DNA of 64,000 nucleotides from an uncultured Solirubrobacterales bacterium (GTDB lineage Bacteria; Actinomycetota; Thermoleophilia; Solirubrobacterales; 70-9): positions 20,179 through 84,178 of the forward strand of contig CAWFEI010000008.1 of NCBI GenBank assembly GCA_963814915.1. Reading direction: 5' to 3'. Below, piece after piece: positions 27,151-36,570 of the stretch. Each line of letters starts with the position of its first letter. Within the stretch, counting starts at the first letter, position 1. Below the pieces are notes generated by a model that saw only the letters and a list, made by a program, of their open reading frames with translations, searched no databases and was not told the origin of the DNA. The translations under genes and the position numbers were made by a program.

Positions 27151-28404
27151 CTAGGAGGCTTCGCCGGGGAGAAGTGCCGCGGTCGTCTGGCCCAGCACCC
27201 GCCGCCAGGCCGAGGACTGCTCGGGCTCCTCCTCGGAGGCGCGCTCGACGGCGCGGCGCACGCGGCGCTCGGAGATCTCGAGGCCGTGGCGCTCGGCGGT
27301 CTCCTGGTAGCGGTCGTAGTCCTTGGCGAGCGTCGCGGTGACCGACTCGAAGCCGTGGCGGGCGATCTCCAGCCGTCGTGAGTAGTCCATGATCGGCGTG
27401 CCGAACATCAGCTCGTCGTTGAACTCCGGCTCGACCAGGACGATGTCGACGCCCTTGTATTTCTCCTGCCACATCTCGACCGCTTGGTGCAGGCGGGCGT
27501 GGGCGATCAGGCGGAAGGCCTGGTTGGCGATCGCCGGCATCCCCATGTCGGAAACGCGCCGCACGCGCGTGCCGAAGACGGTCGGGATCGTCTGCTCGAA
27601 GTCGTTGATGTAGGGAACGAGCGGGTTCACCACGACGATGAACTTCGCCCCCTTTTCGACCGCGATGTCTACGTTGGTCGTCGAGCGGATGCCGCCGTCG
27701 ACGATCTGGCGGCCTTTCAGGTCGACCGGCTTGTAGACGATCGGCAGCGCGGTCGAGCACTCGACCGCCTTGGAGATCGGCACGTCGTCCCAGCCAGGCT
27801 CGCCGAAGACGAGGCGCTCGCAGGTATCGAGGTCGGTCGCCGTCAGGTAGAGCTCCTTATCGAGCTGGCGGAAGTCGTTGATCCGGCCGGCGTCGGCGAG
27901 GGACTGCTCGACGTAGTCGGCGATCCCGCCGCCGGAGTAGAGCCCGGTGGGCAGCGCCTCGGCGAGGCCGACGCCGATGTCCATCGCCGAGAACTCGCCC
28001 ATCGACACCAACCGCCGCATCAGCTCGACCGTGCGCAGCGGCAGCAGCGCCGCCTTCTGCAGGAAGCCCAGGTAGTTGAACTTGAGCACCTTGTCGAGAT
28101 CGAGGTCGTCGAGATCGGAGGGCTCGCGCTCGTTGATCACCTGCATCATTTCGTCGGGCGTGACGCCGTTGGCGAGCATCGTCGCGACGAAGGAGCCGGC
28201 GCTGGTGCCGACGTAGACGTCGAAGTTATTGACCGTGCTGTTGACGGCGAGCAGGTCGAGCGCGCGCAGGGCGCCGATCTCGTAAACGCCGCCCGTAAAG
28301 CCGCCGCCACCGAGCACCAAAGCGGTCTTCGACGGGCGTTTGCGACCTTTGCCCCGTTTGCGACGGGTGGGGGTCTCGATATCGACGACCTTGCCCATAA
28401 ACAC
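27151..28404 (-). CDS. Patatin-like phospholipase
   Basis: 417-aa ORF with the oxyanion loop LVLGGGGFTGG, the nucleophile elbow GTSAGS, and the catalytic Asp context IVDGGI. Confidence 0.85.
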   Translation of the reverse strand: MFMGKVVDIETPTRRKRGKGRKRPSKTALVLGGGGFTGGVYEIGALRALDLLAVNSTVNNFDVYVGTSAGSFVATMLANGVTPDEMMQVINEREPSDLDDLDLDKVLKFNYLGFLQKAALLPLRTVELMRRLVSMGEFSAMDIGVGLAEALPTGLYSGGGIADYVEQSLADAGRINDFRQLDKELYLTATDLDTCERLVFGEPGWDDVPISKAVECSTALPIVYKPVDLKGRQIVDGGIRSTTNVDIAVEKGAKFIVVVNPLVPYINDFEQTIPTVFGTRVRRVSDMGMPAIANQAFRLIAHARLHQAVEMWQEKYKGVDIVLVEPEFNDELMFGTPIMDYSRRLEIARHGFESVTATLAKDYDRYQETAERHGLEISERRVRRAVERASEEEPEQSSAWRRVLGQTTAALLPGEAS

Positions 28405-28468
28405 GGATTATCCCAGACGGGCCGGGCGGGCTCCGCTACCTTGCTCTACTTCCGTGTTCCAACCTGGG

Positions 28469-29710
28469 ATGAGACGAGCCGCAACGTTGCTGCCGGCGAC
28501 GATCGCGCTGGCCCTACTGGCCGCCGCGACGGCGAGCGGCGCGAGCAGAGCCTGCCAGGAGATGCGACACCGCCTCGTCTACGGCGGCGGTTCCGCAAGC
28601 GGGCTGCTGGTTGTCGACGCGACCAATGGCAGGGTCGTCTGCGGACGGGCGGCGAAGCGGGCGCGGATCCTCGCCTCCAACACAAAGCTGTTCACGACCT
28701 CGACCGCGCTGGCGCGCTTCGGCCCCCGCTACCGGATCGCGACCAAGCTGCTCAGCGACGGCACGGTCAACGCCCGCGGGGTCCTGCGCGGCAGCCTCTA
28801 CCTGCAGGGGGCCGGCGACCCGGCGCTCGGCGCGCCCTCCTTCTACAACCGCTACGGCGGCGGCGTCGGGACGAACCTCTTCGCGCTCAAGGCGCAGCTG
28901 CGGGCCGCGGGCGTGCGCCGGGTCACAGGCAGGCTGTTCGCCGACGACACCGTGTTCGACCGGGTGCGCGGAGTCGCCGACTCCGGCTACGCGACCAGCC
29001 CCTACGTGGGCCCGCTCTCCGGCCTCTCCTTCGACTCCGGCTACCGCGGCTCGATCGCGCAGGGCTTCTCCTCCGACCCGGCGACGCTCGCGGCGAAGAA
29101 GCTGTCGAGCGCGCTGCGCTCCGCCGGGGTGTCGATGCGCGCCCAAGTCGCCCGCGGACCCACCCCCGGCAGGGCGAAGCCGCTCGCCCTCGTGCACTCG
29201 CCGACGATGTCGCGGCTGGTCGAGGCGACCGCCGTCTACTCGAACAACTTCTTCGCCGAGATGCTGGCCAAGCTGCTCGGCGCTCGCTTCGGCGGCGCCG
29301 GCACGACCGCGGCGGGAACCGGCGTGGTCGAGCGCTTCGCCCGCGGCCACGGCTCCGGGATCCACGCCGTCGACGGCTCCGGCCTGAGCCGCGGCAACCG
29401 CGCCTCGCCGGCGCAGGTGGTCGGCCTGCTGAGGGCGATGCGTAAGACGCCGGTCGGCGATGAGTTCGTCCAGGACCTGGCCCTGACCGGCCACGAGGGC
29501 ACCGTCGCCGACCGCACACAGGGCACCGCGGCCTACGGCCGCTGCCGGACCAAGACCGGCACCCTGACCGGAGTCAGCGCGCTCTCCGGCTACTGCTTCA
29601 ACCGCAGCGGCCGCAAGATGATCTTCTCGATCCTGATGAACGGCGTCGGCGACCTCTCGCTCGCCCACTACGAGCAGGACAAGATCGCCGGCGCGGTGGC
29701 CTCGTACTGA
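28469..29710 (+). CDS. D-alanyl-D-alanine carboxypeptidase/endopeptidase (PBP4, peptidase S13)
   Basis: Signal peptide MRRAATLLPATIALALLAAATASG from ATG 28469, and the SxxK motif SNTKLFT. The C-terminal part is S13-like (GTLTGVSALSGY). Confidence 0.8.
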   Translation: MRRAATLLPATIALALLAAATASGASRACQEMRHRLVYGGGSASGLLVVDATNGRVVCGRAAKRARILASNTKLFTTSTALARFGPRYRIATKLLSDGTVNARGVLRGSLYLQGAGDPALGAPSFYNRYGGGVGTNLFALKAQLRAAGVRRVTGRLFADDTVFDRVRGVADSGYATSPYVGPLSGLSFDSGYRGSIAQGFSSDPATLAAKKLSSALRSAGVSMRAQVARGPTPGRAKPLALVHSPTMSRLVEATAVYSNNFFAEMLAKLLGARFGGAGTTAAGTGVVERFARGHGSGIHAVDGSGLSRGNRASPAQVVGLLRAMRKTPVGDEFVQDLALTGHEGTVADRTQGTAAYGRCRTKTGTLTGVSALSGYCFNRSGRKMIFSILMNGVGDLSLAHYEQDKIAGAVASY

Positions 29711-29740
29711 ACGCCGCCCGCGCCACCTAGAATCGACCCG

Positions 29741-30556
29741 GTGCGCGTTCTGCTGACCAACGACGACGGGATCTCGGCGCCCGGGCTGCAGGCCGCGCGC
29801 CGTGCTCTGCGCGAGATCGACGGCGTCGAGGTCGACGTGGTCGCGCCGGACTCCAACCGCAGCGCCACGGCGCGCAGCATCACGACCCGCTCGCCGCTGA
29901 GCGTCGAGGAGGTCGAGTTCGGCGACGGCGATCGCGGCTATGCGACCGACGGCACCCCGGTCGACTGCGTGCGCTTCGCCGAGCTGGGCCTGGTCGGCCA
30001 CCGGCCGGACCTGATCGTCTCCGGGATCAACCACGGCGCCAACCTCGGCGACGACATCACCTACTCGGGCACGGTCGCCGCCGCCTTTGAGGGAATCGTG
30101 CTCGGCATCCCGGCGATCGCGATCTCCCAGCAGTCCTCGGGCGGTGGCATGGGCTACGTCAGCGGCCGCTTCGAGTTCGGCATCGCCGCCGCCTTCGCCG
30201 CCGAGCTGGTTGCCGGGCTGGAGGACGAGCCGATCCCACCGAAGACGCTGATCAACGTCAACTGCCCTGCCGGCGAGCCGAACGGGGTCGAAGTGACCAA
30301 GCTGGGCAAACGCGTCTACAACGACGAGCTGAAGCTGGTCGGAGAGGACGAGGACAGCAGGCGCAAGCGTTATGAGATCTACGGCTGGCAGCCCGGCTTC
30401 GAGGAGGTCGACGGGACCGACCTGATGGCCGTCTCGCAGGGGCGGATCGCGGTCACGCCGATCCACTTCGACCTCACCGACCACGGCGGCATCGAGCGGC
30501 TGCGCGGCTGGGGCTTCGAGCGGATGCTTGCCGAGAGCCTTCCTTCATCGGTGTGA
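29741..30556 (+). CDS. surE: 5'/3'-nucleotidase SurE
   Basis: 271-aa ORF with the N-terminal motif VLLTNDDGISAPGL and GINHGANLGDDITYSGTV. Confidence 0.9.
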   Translation: MRVLLTNDDGISAPGLQAARRALREIDGVEVDVVAPDSNRSATARSITTRSPLSVEEVEFGDGDRGYATDGTPVDCVRFAELGLVGHRPDLIVSGINHGANLGDDITYSGTVAAAFEGIVLGIPAIAISQQSSGGGMGYVSGRFEFGIAAAFAAELVAGLEDEPIPPKTLINVNCPAGEPNGVEVTKLGKRVYNDELKLVGEDEDSRRKRYEIYGWQPGFEEVDGTDLMAVSQGRIAVTPIHFDLTDHGGIERLRGWGFERMLAESLPSSV

Positions 30557-32568
30557 GCGCGGCGGCCGACGAGAGGCGCGCGGCGGAGCTGCGCCGAGCG
30601 CTGGCCGGGCACAACCACCGCTACTACGTGCTCGACGACCCGACGATCGGCGACGACGAGTACGACGCGCTGCTCGACGAGCTGCGCGCGATCGAGGCCG
30701 ACAACCCGCAACTGCGCACGCCCGACTCGCCCACCCAGCGGGTCGGCGCGCCGCCGCTGGAGCGCTTCGAGCAGGTCGAGCACACCGAGCAGATGCTCTC
30801 GCTGGCCAACGCGCGCAGCGAGGAGGAGCTGCGCGCCTGGGAGACGCGCGTGCGCAACCACCTCAAGCGGCTCGACATCAGCGCCGCGGAGTTCAGCTAC
30901 ACGACCGAGCCGAAGATCGACGGCCTGGCGATCACGCTGACCTACGAGAACGGCGTGCTGAGCCGCGGCGCGACGCGAGGCGACGGGCGGATCGGCGAGG
31001 ACGTGACCCGCAACCTGCGCACGATCGGGGCGATCCCGCTGAGCATCGACGATGCCCCCGAGCTGGTCGAAGTGCGCGGCGAGGCCTACCTGCCGATCGC
31101 CGCCTTCAGGGCCCTCAACGAGCGGCGCGCCGAGGCGGGCGAGCCGACCTTCGCCAATCCGCGTAACTCCGCCGCGGGCTCGATCCGCCAGCTCGACCCC
31201 GCGCTCGCCGCCGAACGGCCGCTCTCGACCTGGATCTACGGCCTCGGCGCGGCGCCCGGGCTCGACCTCGCCACCCACATGGACGAGGTCGAATGGCTCG
31301 GCGAGCGCGGCTTCAGGGTCAACCCCGACTCCGAGCATCACGCGGATATCGACTCGGTGGTCGAGCACTGCCGCTGGTGGGAGGAGCGGCGCGAGCAGCT
31401 CGACTACGAGATCGACGGAGTCGTGGTCAAGATCGACGAGCGGGCCCTGTGGCGGGAGCTGGGCGTGGTCGGGCGCGAGCCGCGCTGGGCGATCGCATGG
31501 AAGTTCGCGCCGACGACGGCGACGACGAAGATGAGCCGCGTGGTCTGGAACGTCGGCCGCACCGGCCACCTGGTGCCCTTCGCGATGCTCGAGCCGGTCC
31601 ACGTCGGCGGCGTCACGGTCACCACCGCCACGCTCCACAACGAGGAGGACCTGGCGCGCAAGGACGTGCGCGAGGGCGACGAGGTGGTCGTGATGCGGGC
31701 GGGCGACGTCATCCCCCAGGTGGTCTCGCCGAAGCTGCCGCGGCAGAACCCCCGGGCGCGCAAGCCGAAGCCACCGAAGGAGTGCCCGGCGTGCGGGACT
31801 CCGACCGAGAAGCAGGACGGCGTGTTCACGATCTGCCCCAATCGCACCGGCTGCCCCGGCCAGTCCTTCCAGCACGTCAAGCACTTCGTCAGCCGCGGCG
31901 CGATGGACATCGACGGGCTCGGCGAAAAGCAGGCGCTGCGCTTCCTCGAGGAAGGCCAGATCACCGACGTCGCCGACATCTACGAGCTCGACGAGGCGCG
32001 ACTGGCGGGCCTGGAGGGCTTTGGCGAGGTCTCGGCCCGCAACCTGCTGGCGGCGATCGACGCGTCCCGCTCGCGGCCGTTCAAACGCGTCCTCTACGCG
32101 CTCGGCCTGCCGGGCGTCGGCGCGGTCACCGCCGAGGCGCTGGCCGACCACTTCGGCTCGATCGACGCCCTGCGCGAAGCTGACCCCGAGCAAATCGAGC
32201 AGGCCGAGGGCGTCGGGCCGGTGATGGCCGTCCAGATCGCGGAGTCGCTCGCCGACGAGCCGACCTGGGCGCTGGTCGAGAAGCTGCGCGAGAAGGGGCT
32301 GCGGCTCGAGCAGGACGCCTCCGAACGACGCGCCGAGGGCGGCCCGTTGGAGGGCAAGACCCTGGTCCTCACCGGCACCCTGCCGGAGCTGACCCGGGAG
32401 GAGGCGGCTGCCCTGATCAAGGCGGCCGGGGGCAAGGTGGTCAACTCGGTCTCCAAGAAGACCGACTACGTCGTCGCGGGCGAGAGCCCCGGCTCGAAGC
32501 TGGCCAAGGCGGAGAAGTTCGAGACCGAGATCCTCGACGAGGCCGGCCTGCGGAAGCTGCTGGGTTGA
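30553..32568 (+). CDS. ligA: NAD-dependent DNA ligase
   Basis: 671-aa ORF with the adenylation site EPKIDGLAI, a Zn-finger segment CPACGT...CPN..CP, HhH repeats and a C-terminal BRCT domain (GKTLVLTGTL). Confidence 0.95.
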   Translation: MSAAADERRAAELRRALAGHNHRYYVLDDPTIGDDEYDALLDELRAIEADNPQLRTPDSPTQRVGAPPLERFEQVEHTEQMLSLANARSEEELRAWETRVRNHLKRLDISAAEFSYTTEPKIDGLAITLTYENGVLSRGATRGDGRIGEDVTRNLRTIGAIPLSIDDAPELVEVRGEAYLPIAAFRALNERRAEAGEPTFANPRNSAAGSIRQLDPALAAERPLSTWIYGLGAAPGLDLATHMDEVEWLGERGFRVNPDSEHHADIDSVVEHCRWWEERREQLDYEIDGVVVKIDERALWRELGVVGREPRWAIAWKFAPTTATTKMSRVVWNVGRTGHLVPFAMLEPVHVGGVTVTTATLHNEEDLARKDVREGDEVVVMRAGDVIPQVVSPKLPRQNPRARKPKPPKECPACGTPTEKQDGVFTICPNRTGCPGQSFQHVKHFVSRGAMDIDGLGEKQALRFLEEGQITDVADIYELDEARLAGLEGFGEVSARNLLAAIDASRSRPFKRVLYALGLPGVGAVTAEALADHFGSIDALREADPEQIEQAEGVGPVMAVQIAESLADEPTWALVEKLREKGLRLEQDASERRAEGGPLEGKTLVLTGTLPELTREEAAALIKAAGGKVVNSVSKKTDYVVAGESPGSKLAKAEKFETEILDEAGLRKLLG

Positions 32569-32659
32569 GGAGGAGGGGGACCCTCCCGCCCCGACAATCG
32601 GCGACCTAATTAGGTCGCCGATTTGAGTATCCGCCGGTTCGGGAGGGTCCCCCTCCTCC
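32569..32659. repeat. 91-nt nested-hairpin repeat, copy 1; it fills the ligA/truA convergent spacer
   Basis: The outer 19-bp stem is GGAGGAGGGGGACCCTCCC (32569-32587) paired with GGGAGGGTCCCCCTCCTCC (32641-32659). The inner 10-bp stem is ATCGGCGACC-TAATTA-GGTCGCCGAT (32597-32622). Confidence 0.85.
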
Positions 32660-32661
32660 CT

Positions 32662-33393
32662 TCAGTAGCTGACCTTCTCCAGGTACAAGCCGTGGGCTGC
32701 CGCTGTGTCGCCCGCAGCGCTGCGCGGAGCGCCGGTGAGTAGCTGCGTGAAGCTGTCCAGGGTTCGGCGGTCCCTTCCCACCTCCAGCATCGTGCCGACC
32801 AGGACGCGGACCATGTTGCGCATGAACGAGTCCGCGGTGATCGTGAACTCGAGCACGTCGCCCGCGTGCCCCCAGGCGGCCGCAGCGACGTCGCGCTCAA
32901 AGCGGACGTGGTCGGTCTGGGTCGGCGTGAAGGCCGTGAAGTCGTGCGTGCCGGGGAGGGCGGCCGCGCAGGCCTGTAGCGCCTCCGGGTCGAGCCGGTA
33001 GGGCCACCAGAGGGCGCGGCCCCGCTCCAGGGGGCTGGGTGAGCCACGGGCCAGCACCCGGTAGCGGTAGCTGCGCGATTTGGCGCTGCCGCGCGCGTCG
33101 AACCCGTCGTCGACGACCGTGGCCGCGGTCACCGTGAGATCGTCGGGCCCGAGCCCGTTGAGGCGCCGCGCCAGGTCGCCTTTTATCTCCGCCGAGGTCG
33201 CGAAGCTGGCCACCTGCCCGCGAGCGTGGACGCCGGTGTCGGTTCGCCCGGCCACGGTGAGCCGCACCTGCTCGCGCAGCACGGTCGCCAAGGCCGCCTC
33301 CAGCTCCCCCTGCACCGTGCGCAGACCTGGCTGCTCCGCCCAGCCCTTGAAGCTCCCCCCGTCGTACTCGATATCCAATCGAACCTTGGTCAT
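32662..33393 (-). CDS. truA: tRNA pseudouridine(38-40) synthase
   Basis: Catalytic motif AGRTDTGVHARGQV. I prefer ATG 33393 (MTKVRLDIEYDG); the track start is TTG 33420. Confidence 0.9.
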   Translation of the reverse strand: MTKVRLDIEYDGGSFKGWAEQPGLRTVQGELEAALATVLREQVRLTVAGRTDTGVHARGQVASFATSAEIKGDLARRLNGLGPDDLTVTAATVVDDGFDARGSAKSRSYRYRVLARGSPSPLERGRALWWPYRLDPEALQACAAALPGTHDFTAFTPTQTDHVRFERDVAAAAWGHAGDVLEFTITADSFMRNMVRVLVGTMLEVGRDRRTLDSFTQLLTGAPRSAAGDTAAAHGLYLEKVSY

Positions 33394-33420
33394 TGCGAGC
33401 AGTATCCAACCCTTGAGCAA

Positions 33421-33511
33421 GGAGGAGGGGGACCCTCCCGAACCGGCGGATACTCAAAACGGCGGTCTAATTAGACCGCCGTTTGTCGGGGCGGGAGGGT
33501 CCCCCTCCTCC
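33421..33511. repeat. 91-nt nested-hairpin repeat, copy 2, inverted relative to copy 1; it fills the rplQ/truA spacer
   Basis: It has the same 19-bp outer arms (33421-33439 and 33493-33511). The inner 11-bp stem is AAACGGCGGTC-TAATTA-GACCGCCGTTT (33457-33484). The asymmetric internal loops are the reverse complement of those in copy 1. Confidence 0.85.
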
Positions 33512-33513
33512 CC

Positions 33514-33867
33514 CTAAACCAGCTCGAGGTAAACCATCTCCGTGGAGTCCGACCGCCTGGGGCCGAGCTTGACAATCCGCGTGTAGCCGCCGGGGCGCTC
33601 GGTGTAGCGCGGCGCGACCTCCTCGAACAGCTTGTGCACGATGAACTTGTCGTTGTGCAGAGTCGAGAGCGCCTGCCGCCGCGCGTGCAGGTCGCCGCGC
33701 TTGGCGAGTGTGATCAGCTGCTCGACCTCGGGCTTGACCGCCTTTGCCTTGGCCTGGCTGGTCTTGATCCGCTCGTGCTCGATCAGCTGCTTGGAGAGGT
33801 TCGAGAGCAGCGACTCGCGATGCGACGCGTCGCGGCTGAGTTTGTTGCGCTTCTTGCGGTGCCGCAT
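33514..33867 (-). CDS. rplQ: 50S ribosomal protein L17
   Basis: 117-aa ORF starting MRHRKKRNKLSRDASHR. It follows rpoA. Confidence 0.95.
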   Translation of the reverse strand: MRHRKKRNKLSRDASHRESLLSNLSKQLIEHERIKTSQAKAKAVKPEVEQLITLAKRGDLHARRQALSTLHNDKFIVHKLFEEVAPRYTERPGGYTRIVKLGPRRSDSTEMVYLELV

Positions 33868-33899
33868 CGGTCTCTCGCTCTCTTCCTCGGGGCCTCTGC

Positions 33900-34895
33900 C
33901 TAGTCCTGGCTCAGATCGAGGCCGCGGGACTGCAGTGTCTCGATAACTTCATCGATCGACTTGGAGCCGAAGTTGGGGATCGCGTTCAGCTCGGAACGCG
34001 TCTTGCGGACGAGGTCGCCCACGGTCTGCACCCCCGCCCGCTTGAGGCAGTTGTAGGAACGCACGCCGAGCTCCAGCTCCTCGATCAGGATCTCGTCGAG
34101 ACCGTTGTTGGCGGCGACTCCACCGCCGTCGCCCCCGGCCACGGCGGAAAGGCCGTCGCCGCCGGCGAGGGCCGGCGCGACCGCTTCGCGCGCGGTCAGC
34201 TCCTCGACCCGGTCGGCGTCGGTGAAGATCGCCAGGGTCTTGATCAGGATCTCCGAGGCCTCACGCAGTGCCGCGGCGGGCTCAATCGAGCCGTCGGTCT
34301 CGATCTCCAGGGTCAGTTTGTCGAAGTCGGTGCGCTGGCCGACACGGGCTGTGGCGACCGCGTAGGAAGCGCGCCGGATCGGCGAGAAGATCGAGTCGAT
34401 CGGGATCACGCCGATCGGCTGGTCGTCGGACTTGTTCTCCTCCGCCGGCGAGTAGCCGCGGCCGCGGCCGATCGTCAGGTAGACCTCGAGCTTGGTTTTC
34501 TTCTCCAGGGTCGCGATCGGGGCGTCGGGGTTGAGGATCTCGACGCCCGAGGGCAGGTCGATGTCCTTCGCCTTGATCTCACCCGGGCCGGTGGCGACCA
34601 AGGGCGCCTCGACCTCGTCGGCGTCGGTGTGCATGCGGACGACGAGGTCCTTCAAGTTGAGCACGATGTCGGTGACGTCCTCTTTGACGCCGGGCACGCT
34701 GGAAAACTCGTGCGAGACGCCCTCGATCCGCACGCTGGTCACGGCGGCGCCGCCCAGCGAGGAGAGCAGGACGCGGCGCAGGCTGTTGCCGAAGGTGTAG
34801 CCGAAGCCCTTGTCGAGGGGCTCGATCGTGAACGTGCCGCGGCGGTCGTCCGCCGTGTCTGCGGTTATCCGAGGGACCTGAAAGTCAGTGGTCAT
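33900..34895 (-). CDS. rpoA: DNA-directed RNA polymerase subunit alpha
   Basis: 331-aa ORF with FTIEPLDKGFGYTFGNSLRRVLLSS and a C-terminal domain containing LELGVRSYNCLKRAG. Confidence 0.95.
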   Translation of the reverse strand: MTTDFQVPRITADTADDRRGTFTIEPLDKGFGYTFGNSLRRVLLSSLGGAAVTSVRIEGVSHEFSSVPGVKEDVTDIVLNLKDLVVRMHTDADEVEAPLVATGPGEIKAKDIDLPSGVEILNPDAPIATLEKKTKLEVYLTIGRGRGYSPAEENKSDDQPIGVIPIDSIFSPIRRASYAVATARVGQRTDFDKLTLEIETDGSIEPAAALREASEILIKTLAIFTDADRVEELTAREAVAPALAGGDGLSAVAGGDGGGVAANNGLDEILIEELELGVRSYNCLKRAGVQTVGDLVRKTRSELNAIPNFGSKSIDEVIETLQSRGLDLSQD

Positions 34896-34935
34896 GAGTT
34901 CCTTGCGTATGGGTGTGTCAGAAATCGGGCCCGGA

Positions 34936-35556
34936 CTACTTGGAGTACAGCTCGACGATCAGCTGCTCCTGCACCGGCGCCGAGATCTCAGCGCGCTCCG
35001 GGTAGCGCAGGACCTTGGCGGTGAGCGAGTCGTGGTCGGCCTGCAGCCAGGCCGGCACGGTCGAGACGAGCTCGGTCGCTTTGCGAATCGTGTCGGTGGC
35101 CGCCGATCCGGACTTGATCGAGATCACGTCCTCGGGGCGCACCTGGTAAGAGGGGACGTCGACGCGGCGGCCGTTGACCTGCCAGTGCCCGTGGCGGACA
35201 AGCTGGCGGGCCTGGCGCCGCGAGGCGGCGAAGCCGAGGCGCACGAGGACGTTGTCGAGGCGGGACTCGAGCAGGCGCAGGAGGTTCTCGCCGGTGACGC
35301 CGTCCTGGCGCGAGGCTTTGTCGTAATAGGCGCGGAACTGGCCCTCGAGCACCTGGTAGTAGCGACGCGTCTTCTGCTTCTCGCGCAGCTGCACGCGGTA
35401 CTCGGACTGGCGCATCCGCCCGCGGCCGTGCTCGCCCGGCGGGTAGGAGCGGCGCTCGACGCCGCACTTGTCGGTGAAGCAGCGCTCGCCCTTGAGAAAG
35501 AGCTTCTGGCCCTCGCGGCGGCACTGCTTGCACTGGGCCGAGGTGTCGCGCGCCAT
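34936..35556 (-). CDS. rpsD: 30S ribosomal protein S4
   Basis: 206-aa ORF with [18 protein letters not shown] and an S4 domain. Confidence 0.95.
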   Translation of the reverse strand: MARDTSAQCKQCRREGQKLFLKGERCFTDKCGVERRSYPPGEHGRGRMRQSEYRVQLREKQKTRRYYQVLEGQFRAYYDKASRQDGVTGENLLRLLESRLDNVLVRLGFAASRRQARQLVRHGHWQVNGRRVDVPSYQVRPEDVISIKSGSAATDTIRKATELVSTVPAWLQADHDSLTAKVLRYPERAEISAPVQEQLIVELYSK

Positions 35557-35957
35557 TAGACCCGCCTCCGCTTTTTCGGCCGGCAGCCGTTGTGGGCCTG
35601 CGGAGAAACGTCCTTGACCGTGGTCACGTCGAGTCCGGCGGCCTGCAGCGAGCGGATCGCCGTCTCGCGGCCCGAGCCGGCGCCCTTGGCGAAGACCTCG
35701 ACTTTTTCGAGGCCGTGCTCCATGCCCTTCTTGGCTGCCGCGTCGGCGGTCACCTGGGCGGCGAACGGAGTCGACTTGCGCGAGCCTTTGAAGCCGACCG
35801 AGCCGGCCGACTCCCAGGCGATCACGTTGCCCTGCGGGTCGGTCAGCGTGACGATCGTGTTGTTGAAGGAAGTCTTGATGTGGGCCTGGCCGTAGGCGAT
35901 GTTCTTTTTCACCCGGCGGCGGGTGCGCCCTTTGGCCTGTTTTTTCGCTGCTGCCAT
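35556..35957 (-). CDS. rpsK: 30S ribosomal protein S11
   Basis: 133-aa ORF with [16 protein letters not shown]...[14 protein letters not shown]. Confidence 0.95.
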   Translation of the reverse strand: MAAAKKQAKGRTRRRVKKNIAYGQAHIKTSFNNTIVTLTDPQGNVIAWESAGSVGFKGSRKSTPFAAQVTADAAAKKGMEHGLEKVEVFAKGAGSGRETAIRSLQAAGLDVTTVKDVSPQAHNGCRPKKRRRV

Positions 35958-35970
35958 CCCCGCTCCGTCC

Positions 35971-36342
35971 TTACGCCTTGCGCCTGCCGGCGACGCTCAT
36001 CCGGCGCGGGCCCTTGCGGCCGCGCGCGTTGGTCTTCGTCCGCTGCCCGCGGACCGGCAGTCCGCGTCGGTGGCGCAGCCCCCGGTAGGAACCGATCTCC
36101 ATCAGCCGTTTGACGTCCTGCGAGCGATCGCGCCGCAGGTCGCCCTCGACCTCGCGCTGCTCGACCGCCTCGCGCAGTTTCACGACCTCTTCCTCGGTCA
36201 GATCCTTGACCGGCGTGTTCGGGTCGATCTTGGTCTCCGCGAGGATGTCCTGAGCGGTCGAGCGGCCGATGCCGAAGATGTAGGTGAGCCCGATCTCGAC
36301 CCGCTTGTTTACCGGGATGTTGATCCCTGCGATTCGCGCCAT
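35971..36342 (-). CDS. rpsM: 30S ribosomal protein S13
   Basis: 123-aa ORF starting [26 protein letters not shown]. Confidence 0.95.
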   Translation of the reverse strand: MARIAGINIPVNKRVEIGLTYIFGIGRSTAQDILAETKIDPNTPVKDLTEEEVVKLREAVEQREVEGDLRRDRSQDVKRLMEIGSYRGLRHRRGLPVRGQRTKTNARGRKGPRRMSVAGRRKA

Positions 36343-36345
36343 CGA

Positions 36346-36459
36346 TCAGCCCTGCCGCTGCTTGTGGCGCGGGTTTTGGCAGATCACGAGGACCGCGCCG
36401 TTGCGGCGGATCACCTTGCACTTTTCGCACATCGGCTTTACGGAAGCTCGGACCTTCAT
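36346..36459 (-). CDS. rpmJ: 50S ribosomal protein L36
   Basis: Not in the ORF track. My own translation is [37 protein letters not shown]-stop (37 aa). Confidence 0.9.
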   Translation of the reverse strand: MKVRASVKPMCEKCKVIRRNGAVLVICQNPRHKQRQG

Positions 36460-36520
36460 CGCTCCGGTGTTCGTCTCGACTACAGGACTCCCGCTCGCCC
36501 CATGAATCGGGCAGGCAGGC

Positions 36521-36541
36521 AACAAACGGCCCTCTGGGCCG
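36521..36541 (-). terminator. Possible intrinsic terminator after map
   Basis: The minus strand reads CGGCCC-AGA-GGGCCG followed by TTTGTT, 30 nt after the map stop. The stem is short (6 bp). Confidence 0.4.
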
Positions 36542-36570
36542 ACCGGGAAAGATAGCAGGGGACGCGTCTT

